Source of the DNA: Takakia lepidozioides
Lineage: Eukaryota > Plantae > Bryophyta
Length of the DNA stretch: 64,000 bases
Direction of reading: 5' to 3'
Assembly: GCA_030704615.1 (NCBI GenBank)
Contig: CM060734.1
Coordinates: 9,982,001 to 10,046,000, forward strand
Under the pieces are notes generated by a model that saw only the letters and a program-made list of their open reading frames with translations, searched no databases and had not been told where the DNA came from. Positions 12,254-26,340 of this stretch are shown piece by piece; the stretch's first letter is position 1; every line of letters begins with the position of its first letter. Both the position numbers and the translations under genes were made by a program.

Positions 12254-13480
12254 TTAGGTGACAGCGTCCCTACTGGCCATAGTCTCAAGCTCATACTTCT
12301 CTTTATGATGGTGCAAATTCAGGTCCCTTCTGCTTCTGACCCAGATCTTGCCAGATCCATCCTTGAGCTCACATGCACGCTCCGCCTCCATTTCCTTGTC
12401 TTGAGCATTGTGATCTTTGTAACCCAAGAAGGAATAGGGCCCCTCCCAAGGACTGGTCATATAGCTGCGCTTTCCAGGTCTGAGCATCATCACCAAGGCA
12501 TTGGGTGGGAGCTCCTTATACTCATGCCCAGCCTTATGCCTACTCTCATAATCCTTGGCCTGCTGGCGCTGCCCTTTCTTAACGTTGGCCTTCAGCTGAG
12601 TTTTGAGCTTAGCCAAAAAAAGGGTCTTCTCATGCACTGCTGCTGCCAAGGCCTCTGTTGTGTCATCATCATTGACATTCTCCAGAAGCTTCCCAAGCTT
12701 GTTGTCAATGCCCAACCTAGGCATTCTCCCCGTTAACACTTGGTAAGGAGAAAGCTGGGTGATGGTCTGCACCCCCATTCGATACCCCATAGGCTTTGTA
12801 CAAATGCACATCCCACTCCGATTCTCCATGAGTGCCCAACGTAGTGATGCTTTGCTTGAGGGATTTGATCACCCTTTCCACCATGTCGTTGCATTGAGGC
12901 CAGTATGGAGCACTTCGCTATATCTTGATTCCAAGCTTTTCACACATCTCAACAAACTCCTCTCCCCACTCAGACCCATTGTCAGTGAGAACAACAACAG
13001 GTTACCCATATCTGCATACTATTTTTTCTTCCAAAAATCTGGCTGTCAAAGCTGAAGAGTGATCAGCAATTGGAATTGCTTCCACTCACGTATAGTAATG
13101 ATCTATGGCCACAAGGATATATTTGTTACCTTTGTTTGTGACAGGAAGTGGACCAGCAGTATCCAGGGCCACACGGTAAAATATATCAACCACAATTATG
13201 CTATGAAGTCTTGATGAGCCAGAGCGTATCACCCCTTTGGCCTTGGTGTGTTGACATTCTGGACAATATGCTGCGTATGAGCTTTGTCCTGTCGTGCCAA
13301 AAGTAACGTCTGCACACCTCCTCTTGAGTTCTCCTCACACCAAAATGCCCCATCAGAGCATGCACTTCCATGATTACAGATTGGCGATCTTGTTTGGGAG
13401 GCACAAGCCTGCCCTCATAGAACACATCTCCTTTGGCATATGAGTACTTTTCGAGGCTTACTATTTCGTTAGCCATGTAA
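12254..13480 (-). mobile_element. Degenerate Gypsy integrase fragment, same lineage as 3640-7150
   Basis: EVHALMGHFGVRRT..RRYFW; MGYRMGVQTITQLSPYQVLTGR; WEGPY. Confidence 0.85.
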
Positions 13481-14878
13481 CAGCCCAACTTTACCTGGCC
13501 CTACCCTTACCCATGGGGGTTATTTTGTTACGTCGATGGAAATGAGAAACCCCAAGTGTTGTAGAATCAACCACCACGACATGACCTCAAAATATCAACA
13601 TGCAGAGGTCAAGATCCAAGACTTGAGTACGAAAAATCCTGACTATTGGAACTCATGATTGTTGCAAAACAATCTCCAAACACCAACTAGTATTGTTCTT
13701 GGTTGATATCCTCGACACACTCATTAGCCGCTCCACTAAAAACAGTGATAGCTCATAGAAAGAGTTTGGAGATATATCTTGCCCAAGTGTGTGCCCTATG
13801 TTTTTCACTTGACAACCTTGTTGAAGCTCCAATTGGTCAAGAAATACAAGGTCCACCGGTTGTCCAGAGAGTCCATGGACCCCACCTGCCTGCCAGCCAT
13901 TGTGGCACGCAACTTTCTCGCAATTTCACATAATCGAAAAATTTCGAACTTAGCGCCCAACAGCACAGTGAGTTGTAACTTGTAACTTGTTACTAAGGGC
14001 CGGGTTCCATGGGCACTCCCAAGCGCCCCCCCAAGGGGGCGTCCCCAGGAAGCACGCCCCTTAAAAATGAGAGGGGGTGGTTCCATGGACAGGTTTAGAT
14101 TCACCCCTCTAGAAATCTTTGGCACCACTTGCTGTGGGCCCATGACATAATAATTGACAATTAATATAGGTTTTGGATGGAAATGTCAAAAATCATTCCC
14201 TCTCCTAAAATCTAGCTTACTTTGGATGGAAATCAATGGTATTCTGTAAGGCTGCGGGCCCGTTGTAGGAAAAGACAGTGTCAGTTAGGGGAGCCGTGAA
14301 ACTTGTTCGCCCCTTGTGGACGGCTTTTTTGCGCCCCTTGCTAAGGCGAATCCGTGGGGGCGCCCCTTAGGGAATATCCTATTTCGACCACTCACGCCTC
14401 GTTAATCCTGGGGGCGATTCATGGGGGGCGCTTGCAGCTGCCCATGGAACCCGGCTCTAACTCCCTTCCGGATCAAATTCAGCCCAACACCTTGCAGATA
14501 AAGCGCTGGGCTGGCTGTACCAAAAACATTAGACCCTGGCCTCATGGATGCATGCAACTTTACACGGAAACATTTTACAATCCAGATTCCGCACAAAACC
14601 CACCTCGTATCCGGAGCCAATGTTGGGACAGGTGGAATATCTTGGGTGCCACGTTCCACTTGGAATGTCTGCTGTGGGTTCGGCTACGGGGAGCGTCGTG
14701 TGAAGGAGAGTGTGGTCTGCTAGTGCGTAACAGTGATCGAGAGGATACCGCCCACCTTGTGTCTCTCCTCCTCTGTGCCTTCGATCTTGCTCTCGTCTAT
14801 GGACACTGAGCGTTGAGAGGAGAACTTGCAGCATCCCTGCTGGGACTTTGCGAGTCTCCACCCAACCCACCTGAAGCA

Positions 14879-17800
14879 ATGGCCGGGCTTGGGATGGCAG
14901 GCGCCGTGCTGCAATGGGGCCAGGGAGTGAGCGGCAAGCAGGCTGCTGGTGCGTCTAGACATGCAGGCGCGTGCTGTGTGAGGTCACCAACGCGGCTGAA
15001 ATTAGGGGCTGCGGAGATGCTGGGCGTGTCGTTGTCCAGTCAGACGGGATGGGCGTGCAGCCGGGAAAGATTGCGTGATAGTCACTCGGTTGGTCTGGCG
15101 CGTTGTACTCTTGCAACGGAAGAGCCCCCACAAGGTATGATTGCTTTTGTGAATGTGTTTTGCAGATAGTTTGATATGGCTATCGTCTTTTGAGGATCAT
15201 GTTCGACACTGCTACACTGATGAGGACTTCACTTAATTGCGGGCTTTCGCAGCTCATTATGTTGTTGTGTCTACATTGTTTCTGGAGTTTCCTCTTAACA
15301 CCGCATTCACATCCTGGACCCTCATCGTGATGCCCTGAATGAATAATGCATCTCAGCAGTGATTTTAGGTTTACTTTCCCTGATTGCCACACATCCTGGC
15401 TGATCGCGATAGTATCTGAGTATCAGTTACTCTTTGCCGAGGTATTCTAGGATCAATCCTGCCTTGGGTTATTCACCTGCGGGCAGCCAGGTTCCTGTGT
15501 TCTCAGCATCGTGAAGAGTATTGAACAGTGGCAGTGCTAAACTGTCTGCATGCACAATTGAGCTGCTTTTCAGTTGGAGCAGTGTAGCTTGTACGCAGAG
15601 CGTTTTCATTGGCAATTGTGGGACTGTTTATACAATTGAATTGCCTTGGTGAATTACAAAGAGGGAAAAGGAGAGAGGCAGAAAACTGGATAGCTATGAA
15701 ATTTGTGTCGGATATTTTAATCTTCCCTTAACTGGCAGCAAAGGAAGAGCGCAAGATGAAGGTATGTGAGGAACATTGCTATCATAGCCCACGACGACCA
15801 AGGAAAAACGACTTTGGTGGACGGCATGCTTCGACAAGCCAAGGTGTGTTTACCACTGAGATACTTTAATACAGAGAACCACAAGTAGGCTTAGGTCCCA
15901 AAATAAACGACCTCCCTACACCTGAATGAGCTGGATATGTAGGATTGGCAGCTACACACTTTCATGACCTGCTCGTATTGGAAGGAGTCCCAGAACTGCA
16001 TATGATTGTGGCAGGGACTACAAGCATGTTGGTTGCAAAATAACAGTCTGTGCTGAAGCTTCTCGGAATGTTGTGCTGGGTATCATCACCTTCTTCTGGT
16101 TAGGTTTCTCATTGTCGCACTCACCTGAGAGTTCAGTTCATGATAATCAACTCCGATGTTTTGCACCAACAGGTGTTTCGCGATAATCAAGCAATGCAGG
16201 AGCGCATCATGGATTCTAATGACTTGGAAAGGGAACCTGGAATTACGATATTGAGTAAGAACACAGCCATTCGCTACAAGGGCACCAAATTAACATCATT
16301 GACACGCCTGGCCATTCAGACTTTGGTGGTGAGGTGGAGCTGGGTCACACAGTGGTGGTAGTAGTGAACAAGGTAGACCGGCCATCAGCACGGCCTGACT
16401 ATGTGGTCAACACCACCTTTGAGCTCTTCCTGGAGCTCAATGCAACTGATGGACATGTTTATGTGCAATTGATTCCCTTTGTTTTTGTCTTTGACATCTG
16501 ATTAGGCTGTGCAGTAAGCCTGATGATTGTTGTTCAGGTATAGAATATGATCAGCGATGCTTTAGATGTCATGGGTTTCATCAAATCAAGCATTTTTTTG
16601 CTGCTATTCTAGCCTCTCTTTGCCCACACATGGGCTGAGTTTGTTTTCTTTGCTTCTCATGTGGCTTTCCTGTTAAAGGTTGATTTGCTTAACACTGAGG
16701 GGTTCTTTGAATTATACAGTGTGACTTCCAGGTGGTGTATGCCAGTGGTATTCAAGGTAGAGCTGGTTTGGAGCCCAACATGTTGGCAGATGATTTGGAG
16801 CCCCTGTTTGAGACAGTGCTACGTGTCGTCCCAGAACCACGGGTTGACGCTGATGGTCTTCACCAATCTGGATTACGATGAGCACAAGGGTCGCATTGCA
16901 ATTGGAGTGTGCACGCTGGTGAAATTAAAAGGGGATTGGAAGTCAAGGCAAGTGGTGTTTCTTCCTGCTTTTCAACTTGTTTTTCAGATTGTAGGGGAAT
17001 GGAATAAGCACCACTGTAATGCTCTTAAGATGAGGTTGAGTGATCTGAGCAACCAAGCCTGTGCTCGACTGTGCTTGGTTGTTATGATGATGCCAGGGAC
17101 AACCTACTTAGGGGTCACTAATGAAAAAGGGATTGGCATGGATAAGCACAGGTGTGCACACCGGATGGACCTTGTAGGCCTGCGAAAGTAAGTGAGCTCT
17201 TCGTGTATGATAACTTCATTTGAGTGCCAGCTGAAGCTGTGGAGGCTGGGGATATTTGCGCACTTAGCGGCATCAGTGATGTCCTTGTATGCCCAATCTC
17301 GCCTTTTAGGTTCTGATTTCCATTGCCTAAGGCTTTGACAACTGGTCTGTTCAAGCTAGTGCATTTCAACTAATATGGCTGTGGGATTCAACTGAATCAG
17401 CTAAAAAAATGCTAGTTGACAAACCCGCCAAGCCAAAAGGTCCACAGGAGGGGCTGTGGGAAATCAATATTGTTGCACTGTACGACCATAAAGCCTGTGA
17501 TTTCAACGCATGGGTCCGTAGGATATCGAGAGGGTATAGGCTGTCACAGAAAGGCATGTGTTGCTTGTGTTCTGTCATCCTCTACTTACCTGTTGACCTT
17601 TGCTTTGCACAGATAGGGGAAACATTGGCAGATAAACTCGAAGAAACAGCTTTGCCCACAATAAAGGTTGAGGAGCCAACTGTGAAGATGTCCTTCTCTG
17701 TGAACATCTCACCCTTTTCTGGACGTGAGGTACGTGTCTGCATCTGTTTGGGCTTTGATGGGCATGGAGAAATCGTGCAGAGTGATCCAAGGACAATGGG

Positions 17801-20800
17801 GTGGATTCAAGTGTCAGTGGCTACTGATAGAATTTTCTAACTGGAAATTATGTGCCAAGTGGGTTAGTGTCTACACTCAATGGGCTGTCTTGTGAGGGAC
17901 TTCCTTCTTTCCTGGAAGGACCACACCCACCATTCTCAACTGGTGACCTTACTGCAGACGAGTTGATCATAATAATGAGCAGATGTGGATAAAAATGACA
18001 GTAGAAGTAGAAATCTGCTTAATATTAGCTCCCGTGTCTTCTATTTGCAAACAGGGCATTAGTGGCACAGCAGGCCTGCATGTACTTGTCATTCTATCAC
18101 CTTCAACCGTTGTACTATGGGAGGTGGCTAGGAAAATCGACTGTTAAGTATCATGTGTAACTTTGCAGGGAAAGTATGTAACAAGTAGAAACTTACGGGA
18201 TCGCCTGTATTGGGAGCTGGAGAGGAACTTGGCAATGAAAGTAGAAGATGGTGAAACTGCTGATACCTTTATCGTCAGTGGCTGTGGCACGCTCCATATA
18301 ACCATTTTGATTGAGAATATGTGAGTTTCTTAACTCTTGCTTCTCATTGTGCTACTTTAAGCTCCAGCCATATGTTCTCAACTTAATTTTAATTTTGATC
18401 CCTCGGAGAATTTGTGTATATATCTTGATTGTTAACATCTATTGGATATTGGATTTATCTCTAGAAAAACTCCTCTTTCCAAACTGGGATCAGATGCTGT
18501 TGTCTCCTGTGACTAAAGTTATCTGTATTGGATTATGTTTGCAGGAGAAGAGAGGGCTATGAGTTCATGATTGGCCCACCCAAGGTTATTAACAGGGAAG
18601 TCAAGGGAAAGCGGCTTGAGCCATTTGAGGTAAAAGACCTTTCAGACCTCAGTTGGGTGGTAGAGAGTTAGAGAGTTACCCTAATTCTCCACGAAGTTGA
18701 GAAACGTGAAGAAGTGGTTGTTGTTATCTCAGCAGCAATTGCAATATCACTATACTCCATGTGTGCAGGATTAGCTCTTTACTCCCCAATCTGTCTTTGT
18801 ACACCTCTAGAGAGCAGCAGCGGTCGCGGATTTGCTGGCAACTACTGAGCTTATTATTTTGTCGGTGACACAGGATGCCATAGTGGAGGTTCCTGAAGAA
18901 TATGTGGGTGGAGTCGTTGATATGTTAGGCAAACGGCGTGGTCAGATGCTTGATATGCAGGCCTCTGGGTATCATTTTGCCTTTCTCTTCTGATCTTCTA
19001 TGTACCAATTAAAATTCTTGTTGAGGTTGTTCATCAATATTGGGATTCCCGACAGGGGTTTGATTTCCTCTTAGTTATGACTTATTACAGTCTAATTGGG
19101 CAAACATAGAAGGTAAGGAGGGGCACAGGCTAAGATATGGCCCTAGATGGTGCTCTGTGTAGTTCCCATTGAGGATGATGCCAGTTGGTAGGAAACTTTC
19201 ATATGATATCATTCTACAGTAAATTATGTAACATCTCGATTTCATACGTCAACACGTGTGAACTGGGACTTCTAACTACATCCCCATGGCACTAAAGTTT
19301 GACACACCTGTTTCCTCTAGGTGTGAATTTTTCCCCCACCTAGCAATGGTTGTCGTGCCGAATGGAAAGGTGATCCTTAAGGTTCCATTCTCACACACAC
19401 AAGTGGTGGTTGGATATAATGGGCAGACTGGAGAACACAACTGTTGTGAAGTATAGGATGCCAACAAGAGGCTTGCTTGGTCTTCGCAATGCGATGCTCA
19501 CTGCATCAAGAGGCACTTCTATTCTAAACACTGTATTCTACGGATATGGTGAGTGGGCTGGCGACATTAGCACGCGTGAACAAGGCTCACTGGTAAGGCT
19601 GCTTACGTTCTGAAAGTGTTTTATAGACTACTGCTACATTTGGGTTGACCATCTTGCAGGCCAGTGTGCAATCACCAATGTCTATATTGGTTCTGGAGCC
19701 AGTTTTCATTTTGCATTCCTTGTCATCATACACTAAGATCTCCTTTCAAGACTGTTAGCAAAGATGGTGGTGCTGCTGGCTTGTCAGCTACGTCAGCAAA
19801 TTCCTTTGAGTACTATTTCATGATTAACTGGGTCTGTCACAGATATTCTTGAATGCCTTTCCTGTGATTGATGTGCTTGATTTTGAAGAGAGCCTCATTT
19901 TACATACCAATCTCAGTGCAAAAATCACAATATTTGTGAGACGTCTTGGGCTGTTTTGCAGGTGGCATTTGAGACAGGGACTACAACCTCATATGCGCTA
20001 TTCAGTTGTCAGGAAAGAGGGCAGCTATTTTTGGCCCCTGGGGTTGATGTCTACAAGGGCCAAATAATTGGCATTCATCAGCGACCTGGAGACTTGTCTT
20101 TGAATGCCTGCAAGCGAAAAGCAGCTACTAATGTGCACTCCAACAAGGAGGCAACGGGTATGTCTTTCAAGCCTGCCCACTGTAACTCTGATGAGGTTGT
20201 GATATCACGTCAAGCCTAGGGTATGGAATTTGGAAATCTGGTCAGGGATTTGTGAAATGCTGGGAATGGCATTTAATTGGTGTGTAAAACACTGAGGTGT
20301 AGCTGCTGGTGAAATGGTAGCCAAAAATGGTTAATAGTATTATATCCTTGAGACCTGCTACCTCTATTTGGTCATATCCTTTGTGTTGCCTACTCAAAGG
20401 CATAAAGTGTTTCTTGTAATATTCTTTGTATTGTTGAAGCCAATGCTTTCTTAAAATATTCTGAAGCAGAGAGCATTTGAAAGGGAAGGATGATGATACT
20501 GGCAATAGGCTGATTGCTGTGTACCAAGTAGCTATGTAGGTGCTCCGGCCATTTGGTGGGTGAAGTTTGGTGATTATAGTTCCTTGTATTGGAGTTTCCC
20601 TATAAGGTTAATCTCCTGTTGAGAGTATCATCCTCTATGTTCATCTCTGAAATCCTCCCCTACGGTTGGAAAGGAAGTATACTGACAGAAATTGTACTTG
20701 TGCAGTGGTATTGGCATCCCCTATTGATTTTAGCTTGGATGATTGTGTGGAGTACATCTAAGAAGATGAGCTGATGGAGGTCACACCTTTGAGTGTGCGA

Positions 20801-20842
20801 ATGTGCAAGAACCCAAAGTTGCAGAAGAAGGGTGGTAAATGA
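14879..20842 (+). pseudogene. TypA: Unprocessed pseudogene of plastid TypA/BipA translational GTPase (SVR3-like), 12 recognisable exons
   Basis: Exons about 14879-15134 (transit-peptide-like), 15739-15843, 16173-16456, 16720-16947, 17152-17286, 17613-17729, 18169-18320, 18545-18629, 18874-18968, 19427-19592, 19962-20157, 20706-20842. Motifs [35 protein letters not shown]. Stops at 17221 and 20759, plus frameshifts. Confidence 0.93.
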
Positions 20843-21925
20843 GGATGTGAAGTAGCAACATCTTGTCTTGTCAAACTGGGGACACGACTTTCATTGACCG
20901 CCACATTGTGACATTAAATGAATTAGAACCACACGAAATGTTATGTGCTTTCACCTCTGAGTGACAGGTGGCTACACTTACACACAGGACATTTGATAGA
21001 GGGCTCAGCACAGTGAGTTGTATAGATTAAAGCAATTCATGGCATCTAACAATTATTCTCAGTGAACTCTGAAAAGATGTGACTTTGGTATAGTACTGAC
21101 AATTTTCCAGTGGACAGCTTTGTTTTTGCTATGTATGTAATTACTTAGTAGACATGAGAGAGAGGTTAGAGTGTTGTATGAGATGTCTTCATGATATTGT
21201 AAACTTGATTGTTCTCAGTCCCCGTGTAGTACACATACAATGTACTACACATTATGGATTTTTTCTGCGGTCAGTGTATTTGTGTTCCACCATGGTTGTT
21301 AGTTTACAAAACATGGGTCAGACTTGTTGTCCGAGAGGTGTATTATGGAAAGTGTTAATAGTGAGGTACATTTGAAAGATGTATCATGGATTTACAAGCT
21401 TCGAAGATTTTACAACAGGGTTCCAAGTGACTTGCAGGTTGCATATTAAGCACGGCAGCAATTGGAAATACTTAAGAGTCTGCATCCGAGGTTCTCTCTT
21501 TTCTTGAATACTTATTAACTTCAGGACAAAAGCCACATTTTCATGTGAGGTGACTTACATGAACAGTGTGGGCTTGTGAGTGCTCCATCACAGATATGTA
21601 ATCTACTGTCTTAGAAAATTTTGTGTTAACTTGCCAACCTTCTCACATCTGCTCCTGCTATCATGTAGAGAAGTTAAGCATTTTTGAATTAGTCAAGTTC
21701 TGCATAGGTCATTTGATCGCAGCATAATGTGGTGATGAAGGTCTTCATATACAGGTGTATGCCTGATGCCTCGCACAATTTGTAGCCACCACAAACAACT
21801 TCTCATCTGGGCATTGACAAATATCTCCTGCAAGCAAACGTGTGTGGACCTCACAGCTCTTACATAAATGGCCACCCCCTGTCCGGTGCTTGTGCATGGC
21901 CAACTTTTATGCAAGCAAATTGGGC

Positions 21926-22398
21926 CTACATCACTAATATTTGAATCTTGAGTCCGCCAACAACCCACGGCCCAGCAGTCATCTCACGTGCTGAGATTCG
22001 CATGAGACCACCCTCTTTGGGAGCTATGTTGGGTGTATAGAGGAGGTCATCACAGCCAGGGGTGCGCACACAGCTCCAGTCCAGTAGACTTGAAAAGAGG
22101 GCAGTGAAGATCATCAACTGGTTGACAACATAGCACTGACCGATGCACCGGTGGGGACCGATGCCAAATACCAAGTAATTGTGTTTACACTACTGTCTTC
22201 TTGACGCTCGGGAGAAAACCGATCGGGATCAAACTTGTAAGGGTCAGGAAAGCCCTGGAATGATGACTCCAAAAGAGAAGGGAACACAAGAGTTCCTTTA
22301 GGAACCGTGTATTCTTTTGATATCTGGAAATCCACACTGGCAACATGGGGGATCATGGTGGCAGGCGGCCGATACCTCAGCACCTCCTTCACCACCAC
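21926..22398 (-). pseudogene. CYP710A: 3' fragment of cytochrome P450 CYP710 (sterol C-22 desaturase)
   Basis: KEVLRYRPPAT (ExxR), FDPDRFSPERQED, FGIGPHRCIG (heme), RTPGCDD; frameshift near 22190; 5' part replaced by LINE-like DNA. Confidence 0.85.
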
Positions 22399-22399
22399 T

Positions 22400-25320
22400 T
22401 CAACGTATTAAAAGAGAGATGAAAGTTCATACAAGGGGCAGAGGGTGTAGGGATTGTATCGAGGGTTGTACAATTGGGCAAGATGGACAATGAGAGGGGG
22501 AACGGGAGGGAGCAGTAATGGGTGAACTCGTGAGATAACTTACTGGGGCTGTGGGTGCTATTGGCAGATATGGTGGGCTGACTGCAGCTGGGAGTACACT
22601 GAGATGGACTAAATTCATTGGGGAGGGTGGGGCACGGCAGGGAAGACTCCGAGTGGGTAGACCGGGGGGGCACCTTGGCGTGAAAGAGACTTTGGAAGCT
22701 GTGCAAGATAGGAAGCGTCCGGGCATCAGGGATAGGTGGGTAAGGCCTGGGGAGAATGTATTGTAGCAGGTGCATTGTGGCCTTATAAGTGGTGATGTAA
22801 ACTAGGACCAGGTTTGAGCCTGTGTAAGAGAAGTGGAGTGGGTGGTATGACCAGTAGAGAGACAAGCATGTGCCACTAGATTGATGTAAATTGAGAAGAG
22901 GGTGGAGCCTGGTAGACTGCCACTGGCGATGCCTTTGAGCAAGAGGAGAATTTTGTGGTGTGTGCTGGTTGGATTCAAGGGCAGTGAAGACTTGCCTTGA
23001 AGACAAGGGCCAGTAGAGTAGAAATAGGGATTCGTACCTTTGGTGGAAATGAGGTCCATTTGTGGAGCACATGTGCGGAATTGTTGTGGGATTTGTCATT
23101 GAGCCTGTAAAAGAAAGGTAAGAGTTAATACCGAGGGCAGAGTATGTTGGGATTGTATCGGGGGTTGTACAATTTGGCAAAGTACTGGGGTATAATATTG
23201 AAGGGGGTGGAGGGGTGGAGCAGAGGTTGGGTAGTTCTTGGGAGTGTTTACTGGGGTTGTGGATGCTGGTGGCAGGCATGGCGAACAAAGGGGTTGCAGC
23301 TGAGCGGGGGAGGGGGGGCCCAAGAAGCTGGATAATGAGCATGGAGCCAGTATAAGATCCATACAAGACAGGAGGAAGAGGGCATGGTGGAGTGGTGCAC
23401 GTTGAAGTTGTAGGAAGTAGAGTAGCTTGTGGCTAGTTGTGGGTACATGAGCTGGGTGGTAGTAAGATTAAGAGGTGAACTAAGCAGGCTGAACTGAGAA
23501 TTGAGGCACTGTATAAGGCCAGGCCGCGACATGGTGCGAGACATCTGCTGAATAATAGATAAAAGAGGGCCAAACAGGGGGTAAGGTCTATTATGGAGGG
23601 GGGGGAGGTATGGGAGATTATGGAAGAAGGGTGAGTATACTCCCTGTAGATAGGTGGAATTCGAGTTGGTGGGGGCTGACGTATGGCCCAACTCCGTAGC
23701 CTGCTCCACTATAACAAGATGATATTGCTCGTTGTCTCGATGCGAGGTAGAAAATCGCCTCACCAGAGGTGAATACATTGGGGGCGGGGAAGGTCTAAAG
23801 AGGTGCTCCATTTTTAGAGTACATTGCAGCATGTGAGACAAAGAGCATCTTGAAAGAAAGAGGGGAGGTGGGAGAGAGGCCACCCTCCCAGACTGTCACC
23901 ATCATAAACTTGAAGCTTAAAATCTGTTGTCCACCAGAGGCCCCAACTGAGGGTTGGGAATCGCGTTGGGGGGAGCTGCGTTATAATGTTGTCAGCATAC
24001 CCGATCTTAGTCATAACCAACCATGGAGGGGGGGGGTGAGTCGATGTAGGCTTTACTGTTGCATGGTGAGTCGTTGACTGATAGAGAGAGGGCGGGTGGT
24101 AGAGCTTCCACCGACAAACGGGGGAGTGTCGATAAGCCAGAATGAGGAACAAGATGGAAGTTGCACCTCGGAGAAAAACATATGGCGTATGATGGCTCGA
24201 GTTGTCGTAGTGTTGCGCGTCGTGCAGGCTTGCGGAGTAGCTTGCCGGGGACCAGATGTGTCTGGCCCGCTGAGAGGGAAGTCGTAGAGTGACCGTGGTC
24301 CAAACGCACCCAAAAAACACTAGGAAGAGGAACGTAGAAGTGCTAGAAAAAGACAGAGAGAAGAACGCGGAGCTTAGAAGAGACGTCATGAGCAGGACGT
24401 GTAAAGCATAGAGACAAAAGTTCAGGGCAAGGCCCCAGCGCTGCGCAGCAGTGGGGGGAGAGACCAGCTTGGCCATGGCGGCGAGCGGAGCTAAACTTAG
24501 AGAGAGCTTAAAAGGCGGAGCCTCTAAAACAAGGGGGTAAAAAGGCACGCAAGGGGTAAAGGAGATAGCGGCACCGTCGAAGATAACCATGACTACAAAC
24601 TTTGGCGAAGAGAGTGGTGAGAGGGCGGAGCTCCGCCCCCATGCAATCGTGAAGCGACGAGGATTGTAAACCACCCATGCCCTCCATAAACAGAGATGGC
24701 TTGCGTACAGAGAAAGAGGTCGCGCAATAGGTGCATCGGCTACTGCCCTCCAACTGGGGGCGGTGCTGGGGATGTGCCCGGGTCGCCATGCCTTGTTGGG
24801 GTCGTTCACAGTTTGAGACTTAGCACCACGACCAGGGTGCTTTAGAAACACGAAGAAGAGGCGAGGCTCTCGCCTGGCAATGTAGCTAGAGCTTGTAGCG
24901 GCCTCATCGGTCTCATCAGTGCTTGCGTAGAGTTCGTATGGTCCTGTGAAGCGGTCTTGAGAGTGCCGGGAATGCCTAGAAAATGACAAGGTCCCACCAG
25001 AATCATCTTTGTCCTTCGAAATAAGACGACGGCAGTAATATTCGGGCGTGATAAAACCATTCGAAACACATAAACCAGCATGAGCCAAACACTGAGAATG
25101 ACATGTCGCCCAACAATCTAGCAGAGCGTTGGTGCGAGTACAAGGCAGAGAGGCCGAGCTATGGCGGCGGTGAGTCGTGGTCGGGGTAAGAATAGCAGGA
25201 CCAGCATAAAGTGAGAAGAAATAACACGATAGCTAAAATTATAGCGGAACCCTAATAGATAAGTCATGGTTGCCAGATTTAGCGGTGGAAACGGCAACAG
25301 GGCGGAGCTCCGCCCTCACG
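22400..25320 (-). mobile_element. Highly degenerate LINE relic
   Basis: C/A-rich minus strand like the LINE at 47-54 kb; RT-like remnant GIASGSLPGSTLFSIYINL in 22802-23059. Confidence 0.5.
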
Positions 25321-25329
25321 ATCCCTGTA

Positions 25330-26340
25330 CTTGGCCCATGCCACTTCTCAACCTAGATATCCGTATGCCAGGACTATGGCCTCAAGAAGATGGTGTGGAC
25401 ATGAACAATATTCCCAAGTGGTAGTATAGGGCGCCAATTTGGACATGAACAAATGAGGAATACAAGCAAGTGCAGACCACAATACGAGCTATCCGGACCC
25501 CAACCGGGTATGGTGCATCTTTACGGGGCAAGTTCGAGGATGCCACCACTATCCATGGTTTGAAGTTTCATGACTACCACAACATTATACAAGACATCCT
25601 TCCCATTGCAATACGAAGGACACTCTATGAGGGCATTCGGAAAGACGTCTATCGACTAGGTGATTTGTTTTGTTGGCTTTGCACAAAAGAGATGGAGGAG
25701 GCGGATTTTGCACGAATGAAGGAAGAGGCGGCCACGGTTTTGTGTATGTTGGAGATGCATCTTCCTCTTTCATTCTTTGACATTCAAGTGCATTTGGTAG
25801 TGCACTTGGTGGAAGAGGCGGAGATTGCCGGGCCGGTCCATGCTCGGTGGATGTACTTTTTTGAGCGTTACATGAAGGACCTCAAGGCACACGTGCGGCA
25901 AAGGGCACATCCCGAGGATAGGATGGTGGATGGGTACACATTATAAGAGGCTATGGTGTTATATACGAAGTACATGAGAAGGGTGGACAAAGATGCCCCT
26001 CCAATGTGGAAGAAAGAGGATGATGTGCAGAACAAGGACATGGTTTTTGCCCAAAAATCAAGGATGGTGAAACTATCGAACACCGTGGTGGAGCAAGCAC
26101 ATGAATCTGTAAAGAACACCCCTTGCATAGTGGAGTGGGAGGCAAGACATGCGGATGAAAATATGTGGCGGTTAGATGCAAGTACAACTTGTAAACGTAC
26201 ATGTGCGAGGGAATTAGGTCGAGCATCACGAGGACGGCGCAGATCCAGCAGCCTGGCCCCATCGGGCCCGCGTGATTTGCCCACGGAGATGCAGCCATTG
26301 AGACCATTTTCGTCATTGGATCCAGAGTGGAGTTGAGCAT
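25330..26340 (+). mobile_element. CACTA/En-Spm transposase C-terminal fragment (DUF4218 region)
   Basis: GLKFHDYH, FFDIQVHLVVHL, GPVHARWMYFFERYMKDLK. Confidence 0.9.

Noticed and set aside
15336-15380. Hammerhead ribozyme core CTGATGA in TypA intron 1
   Set aside because: No correctly placed GAAA or supporting stems.
22389-25088. Long ORFs (325, 211 and 424 aa) as novel genes
   Set aside because: P/S/T/H-rich translations expected from a C/A-skewed LINE relic; no coherent domain.
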